Origin: a virus
Lineage: Duplodnaviria > Heunggongvirae > Uroviricota > Caudoviricetes
Virus record (IMG/VR): IMGVR_UViG_2778261619_000010
Coordinates: 1-21,065 of that record
Direction: 5' to 3' (one strand)
DNA length: 21,065 bases
Position 1 is the stretch's first letter. Every line of letters starts with the position of its first letter. The notes below the pieces were generated by a model that was given only the letters and a program-made list of their open reading frames with translations, was not told the origin of the DNA and searched no databases. The translations under genes were made by a program, and so were the position numbers. Positions 17,071-21,065 of this stretch are shown here, piece after piece.

Positions 17071-17763
17071 ATGTTATATGCATTTAAGCTGGGCAGAAAA
17101 CTGCGCGGCGAGGAACCTTATTGCCCTGAAAAGGGTGGGAAAGGTGGCAGTTCTGATAAAAGCGCAAAGTATGCCGCAGAAGCTCAGAAGTATGCAGCAG
17201 ACCTGCAAAATCAGCAGTGGCAGACGATCATGAAAAACCTTGCTCCGTTCACGCCTCTTGCGGAGCAGTATGTTAACCAGTTGCAGAATCTTTCCAGTTT
17301 AGAAGGTCAGGGGCAGGCACTTAATCAGTATTACAACTCTCAGCAGTATAAAGACCTTGCAGGTCAGGCGCGTTACCAGAGTCTTGCTGCTGCGGAGGCG
17401 ACGGGTGGACTTGGTTCGACAGCCACAAGCAATCAACTGGCTACGATCGCGCCGACTCTCGGTCAGTCTTGGTTATCAAACCAGATGAGCAATTACAACA
17501 ATCTGGCAAACGTTGGGCTTGGTGCTCTGCAAGGTCAGGCAAACGCCGGGCAGACGTACGCCAACAACATGAGCAGCATTGCACAGCAAAGCGCAGCTCT
17601 TGCCGCTGCTAATGCCAACAAACCATCAAGTCTTCAGACAGCAATTAGCGGCGGAACGTCCGGTGCGATTGCCGGTGCAGGTCTTGCCAGCCTTTTGGGA
17701 ACATCAACGCCTTGGGGCGCTGGCATTGGTGCTGGTATCGGATTGCTTGGCTCGTTGTTTTAA
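17071..17763 (+). CDS. ejection (DNA-injection) protein, P22 gp7-like
   Basis: 230 aa; MLYAFKLGRKLRGEEPYCPEKGGKGGSSDKSAKYAAEAQKYAADLQNQQW..., Gln/Ala/Gly-rich, hydrophobic Gly-rich C-terminus; matches the P22 gp7 pattern and position. Confidence 0.8.
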   Translation: MLYAFKLGRKLRGEEPYCPEKGGKGGSSDKSAKYAAEAQKYAADLQNQQWQTIMKNLAPFTPLAEQYVNQLQNLSSLEGQGQALNQYYNSQQYKDLAGQARYQSLAAAEATGGLGSTATSNQLATIAPTLGQSWLSNQMSNYNNLANVGLGALQGQANAGQTYANNMSSIAQQSAALAAANANKPSSLQTAISGGTSGAIAGAGLASLLGTSTPWGAGIGAGIGLLGSLF

Positions 17764-17772
17764 GGGGTAATC

Positions 17773-19068
17773 ATGGCTACTTGGCAAGGAACAAACGGCG
17801 GATTGTTGGCTGGTATCGGCGGCGTCAACTCAAACGCTCCGAGCGTAAATGACATCGGCAATACGCTTCAGCTTATCAGGCAGAACAATGATATTGAGCG
17901 TTCAGGCGCTAACAATGTTGGGCTGACTGCTTTGCAAGGCCTTTCAGGTATTGCAGGGGTGTTTCAGCAGGAAAAGCAGGCTCAGCGGCAGAAAGAATTT
18001 CAGCAGGCGTACGCTAATGCTTATGCGTCTGGTGATCGCGGTGCTTTGCGTCAGTTGGCTACTCAATATCCAGACCAGATTGAATCCGTTCGTAAAGGCA
18101 TGGGATTCATTGATGAAGACCAGCGTAATTCTATCGGCACCTTAGCGGCTGGCGCACGCCTTGCGTCATCGTCTCCAGAAGCAATGCAATCATGGCTGCA
18201 AAACAACGCCAAGGAACTGAATCGCGTCGGTGTTGACCCTAATAACGTTGCTCAGATGTATCAGCAGAATCCTTCAGGATTTGGTGAGTTTGTTGATCAC
18301 CTTGGAATGGCTGCGCTTGGTCCGATTGATTACTTCAATGTTCAGGACAAGATGGCTGGTCGTGAAATTGACCGAGGCAGGCTGGCAGAGACAATCCGCA
18401 GCAATCAGGCAGGTGAAGCACTAACAGCTCGAGGTCAGGACATCCAGATACGTGGACAGAACATCAGCGCACAGAATGCTGCTCTTTCCCGAGAAATACA
18501 AAGAGCAGAATTACAAGAAAAGGCTCTGGACAGACAGATAGCCAGAGAAAGCAATCAGTTAAAGCTTGAAGAGCTAAAACAGAAACAGGCAGATGTTCGG
18601 CAAAAGGCTGACATAGCCCGCGCTGACAGGCAGGCCGCCGCTCAGGGTGCAGTTGATACGTTCAGCACCGCGCTTGATTCTCTCAACGAGATAGAGCAAA
18701 GCCCCGGCCTTTCAAAAGCAGTAGGAATTCGCTCAGCGTTTCCGACAGTTCCTGGCTCTGATGCGGCTAACTTTGAAGCAAGGCTCGACACCTTTAAAGC
18801 TCAAACATTCCTTCCTATGGTGCAGTCCCTGAAGGGTATGGGTGCTCTTTCAGATGCTGAGGGTAAAAAATTATCCGATGCGGTTGGTGCCCTAAGCCCC
18901 AAAATGAGTGAAAAGGCTTTTCGTGACTCTATCGGAAAGATTAGAAATCAGCTTGAAAGCAAGTTGAGCACTGTTAAAAAACAGTTTGATTATCAGGAGC
19001 CAGTACAGAATACGCCAGCGCAACAACCTACTACTGGCAGTAATTTTTCTTCACTATGGGGTGATTAA
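17773..19068 (+). CDS. ejection protein, P22 gp20-like
   Basis: 431 aa, Gln/Ala-rich with coiled-coil-like segments; position between gp7-like and gp16-like genes. Confidence 0.7.
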   Translation: MATWQGTNGGLLAGIGGVNSNAPSVNDIGNTLQLIRQNNDIERSGANNVGLTALQGLSGIAGVFQQEKQAQRQKEFQQAYANAYASGDRGALRQLATQYPDQIESVRKGMGFIDEDQRNSIGTLAAGARLASSSPEAMQSWLQNNAKELNRVGVDPNNVAQMYQQNPSGFGEFVDHLGMAALGPIDYFNVQDKMAGREIDRGRLAETIRSNQAGEALTARGQDIQIRGQNISAQNAALSREIQRAELQEKALDRQIARESNQLKLEELKQKQADVRQKADIARADRQAAAQGAVDTFSTALDSLNEIEQSPGLSKAVGIRSAFPTVPGSDAANFEARLDTFKAQTFLPMVQSLKGMGALSDAEGKKLSDAVGALSPKMSEKAFRDSIGKIRNQLESKLSTVKKQFDYQEPVQNTPAQQPTTGSNFSSLWGD

Positions 19069-21065
19069 TGGCTAAAGCATGGAAAGATGTTATCGCCTCT
19101 CCACAGTATCAGGCGTTAGCACCAGAACAAAAAGCGCAAGCTCAGGAGCAATACTTCAATGAAGTCGTGGCCCCGCAAGCCGGAGAAAATGCAGAGCAGG
19201 CTAAGCAAGCTTTCTATGCTGCCTATCCATTGCCATCTGTACAGCCAGTGGAGACACAGCAACCAGTAGCACAGCAACAACCACAGCAAAGTGGATTTAT
19301 GTCTGATCTTGGCGAAGCAGTAAAAGAGACTGGTCGCGGACTGGTGCAGGCTGGCGTGAACGTGGCAAATATACCTGCATCAGTTGCCGATGCTGTAACA
19401 AGCGCGGCGGCTTGGGCTGGCGGTAAACTCGGCATTGGCGATGGTACATATCAACCAGCGCCACGAGTAACAACGCAGGGATTAGAGCAGGACTTTGGCC
19501 TTCAGCAAGGCGCGCTGACTCCACAAACGACAGAGGGAAGGGTATTTGCTGAAGCATTGCCTTACCTCACTCCTGCTGGCGTTGAGAGAGCGGCGGTACA
19601 GGCACCAACACTTGCTGGTCGAATTGCTCAGGGGGCAACTCGCCTTCTAGCAGAAAACGCAGTTGGATCACTTGCTGCAAATAGTGCGAAAGATGATGCG
19701 GAAGCACTCGCCACCGATTTAGGCGTTGGTGTACTTGCTGGCGGTGCTATTAACGCTGCTGGACGTGGATTAGGTGCTGCTTATCGTGGCGTTCGTGGTG
19801 CTATCGCGCCAGAAGCGCAGCAGGCTATCAGATTTGCAGAGCGTGAAGGAGTTCCTCTGCACACCACAGACCTGTTACAACCAACTTCCCGCGTCGGAAA
19901 AATGGCGCAGACTACAGCAGAAAATATCCCCCTGGCTGGCACAAGCGGAATGAGAGCAACGCAACAGGAAGCGAGAAGCCAGTTGGTGCAGAGATTTGCT
20001 GATAAATTCGGTGAGTATGATCCAGCTGTTGTTATTGACAGCCTTAAAGCGAAAACATCAGGAATTCGTCGTGCCGCCGGTAATCGACTGGAGCAGGTTC
20101 AGAATGCTATGGCTGGAGTAAACATTCAGCCTGCGCGAGCAATTCAGCAGATTGATACAGAAATATCTAACCTGCAGAAGCTTGGTAAGGTTGCTGATAA
20201 CGAGACTATTTCAAAACTTCAGTCCTATCGTGATGAGCTTGTTCGCAATGCTAGTCCTGATGGTCCGGTAAATCTGGATTTGAAGCAATTAAGCGATCTG
20301 CGCAGCCAGTTCAGAATGGACGTGAAGGGGGAACGACCAGTGTTACCAAACCGTTCCGATGCTGCCATTCAGCGCGTTTACAAGGCGATGACAGACGATA
20401 TCAATGGTGCCATTGGTCAGAATCTTGGCAACGATACTCTCCGTAAATATCAGCAGGCCAATGCCGTCTACGCTGACGAAGCGGCGAAACTAAAGAATAC
20501 CAGGATGAAGAATGTTCTCATGAAAGGCGACCTGACGCCGGAAGTTGTCAACAACATGCTATTCAGCAAGAACAAATCGGAAATTAAGACGCTGTATAAC
20601 TCAGTTGGTCGTGTTGGTAGGGCGCAAATGCGCAATGGCATCATTGGAAAGGCGATGGAGAAATCTGGCGGATCCCCTGACCAGTTCCTTCGGCAGCTTA
20701 ACATCCTGCAAAACCAGACTGGCATCACATTTAAGGGGCAGGACGCTGCTTATCTGAAAGGATTAAAAAACTACCTGCAATCCACGCAGCAGGCTGCAAA
20801 AGCGGCAGTAACAACACCTACAGGGCAGCAAACTATCCCGTTCATTATCGGGTATGGGACGGCAATGAACCCGGCGACAACTGGCGCAGCGGTAAGCTAC
20901 GGACTTCTTACTCGCGCCTATGAGAGCGAGCCATTCAGAAATGCAATGCTCCGAATGGCAAACACCCCACGCGGATCAACAGCGTTTGAGAAAGCCATGC
21001 AGCAGGCGCAAAAGGCCATTAACGCCCTGACGCAGGGGGCTAAGTCTGATGCGTTGTCAGAATAG
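19068..21065 (+). CDS. ejection protein, P22 gp16-like
   Basis: 665 aa; start overlaps the previous stop (TAATG); Ala/Gln/Gly-rich; last gene of the ejection module, ending at the window edge with a TAG stop. Confidence 0.7.
   Translation: MAKAWKDVIASPQYQALAPEQKAQAQEQYFNEVVAPQAGENAEQAKQAFYAAYPLPSVQPVETQQPVAQQQPQQSGFMSDLGEAVKETGRGLVQAGVNVANIPASVADAVTSAAAWAGGKLGIGDGTYQPAPRVTTQGLEQDFGLQQGALTPQTTEGRVFAEALPYLTPAGVERAAVQAPTLAGRIAQGATRLLAENAVGSLAANSAKDDAEALATDLGVGVLAGGAINAAGRGLGAAYRGVRGAIAPEAQQAIRFAEREGVPLHTTDLLQPTSRVGKMAQTTAENIPLAGTSGMRATQQEARSQLVQRFADKFGEYDPAVVIDSLKAKTSGIRRAAGNRLEQVQNAMAGVNIQPARAIQQIDTEISNLQKLGKVADNETISKLQSYRDELVRNASPDGPVNLDLKQLSDLRSQFRMDVKGERPVLPNRSDAAIQRVYKAMTDDINGAIGQNLGNDTLRKYQQANAVYADEAAKLKNTRMKNVLMKGDLTPEVVNNMLFSKNKSEIKTLYNSVGRVGRAQMRNGIIGKAMEKSGGSPDQFLRQLNILQNQTGITFKGQDAAYLKGLKNYLQSTQQAAKAAVTTPTGQQTIPFIIGYGTAMNPATTGAAVSYGLLTRAYESEPFRNAMLRMANTPRGSTAFEKAMQQAQKAINALTQGAKSDALSE

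Noticed and set aside
14438-19557. Short internal ORFs within the gp10-like, tail-needle, gp7-like, gp20-like and gp16-like genes (for example 14438-14656 -, 16208-16555 -, 16556-16933 -, 17579-17770 +, 19223-19435 -, 19297-19557 -)
   Set aside because: All lie inside long ORFs in other frames or antisense; Ala/Gln-rich coding sequence readily produces such open frames.
20468-20757. ORFs 20468-20728 (-) and 20545-20757 (+) inside the gp16-like gene
   Set aside because: Embedded in the gp16-like coding frame; no support as separate genes.

Overview
The window reads as the circular map of a degraded P22-like (lambdoid podovirus) prophage, opened between the ejection-protein genes and the integrase-proximal cargo locus. 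Left to right: two cargo genes of unknown function on + (a 3-TM membrane protein at 1-1017, and a 786-aa protein at 1661-4021 with an N-terminal PD-(D/E)xK nuclease-like domain and Walker A/B NTPase motifs); an IS3 copy with a broken orfB, inserted into a small minus-strand ORF; about 1.3 kb of AT-rich ORF-free DNA; a P4/IntS-type tyrosine integrase (-); a tRNA 3'-end-like att sequence; the early-left operon (-) ending in an N-like antiterminator; OL operators and nutL; a small membrane protein and a lambda-CI-like repressor (-); OR operators; a cro stub joined by deletion to a terminase-large-subunit fragment and a 5'-truncated coat gene; then intact-looking late genes (gp4, gp10, tail needle gp26, gp14-position, ejection proteins gp7, gp20, gp16). 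The best candidate for an undescribed system is the nuclease-NTPase gene, possibly with the upstream membrane protein, at the integrase-adjacent cargo position; the repressor-linked membrane protein at the rex position is second. All calls rest on reading the translations and motifs by eye; no database search or RNA-folding was run.
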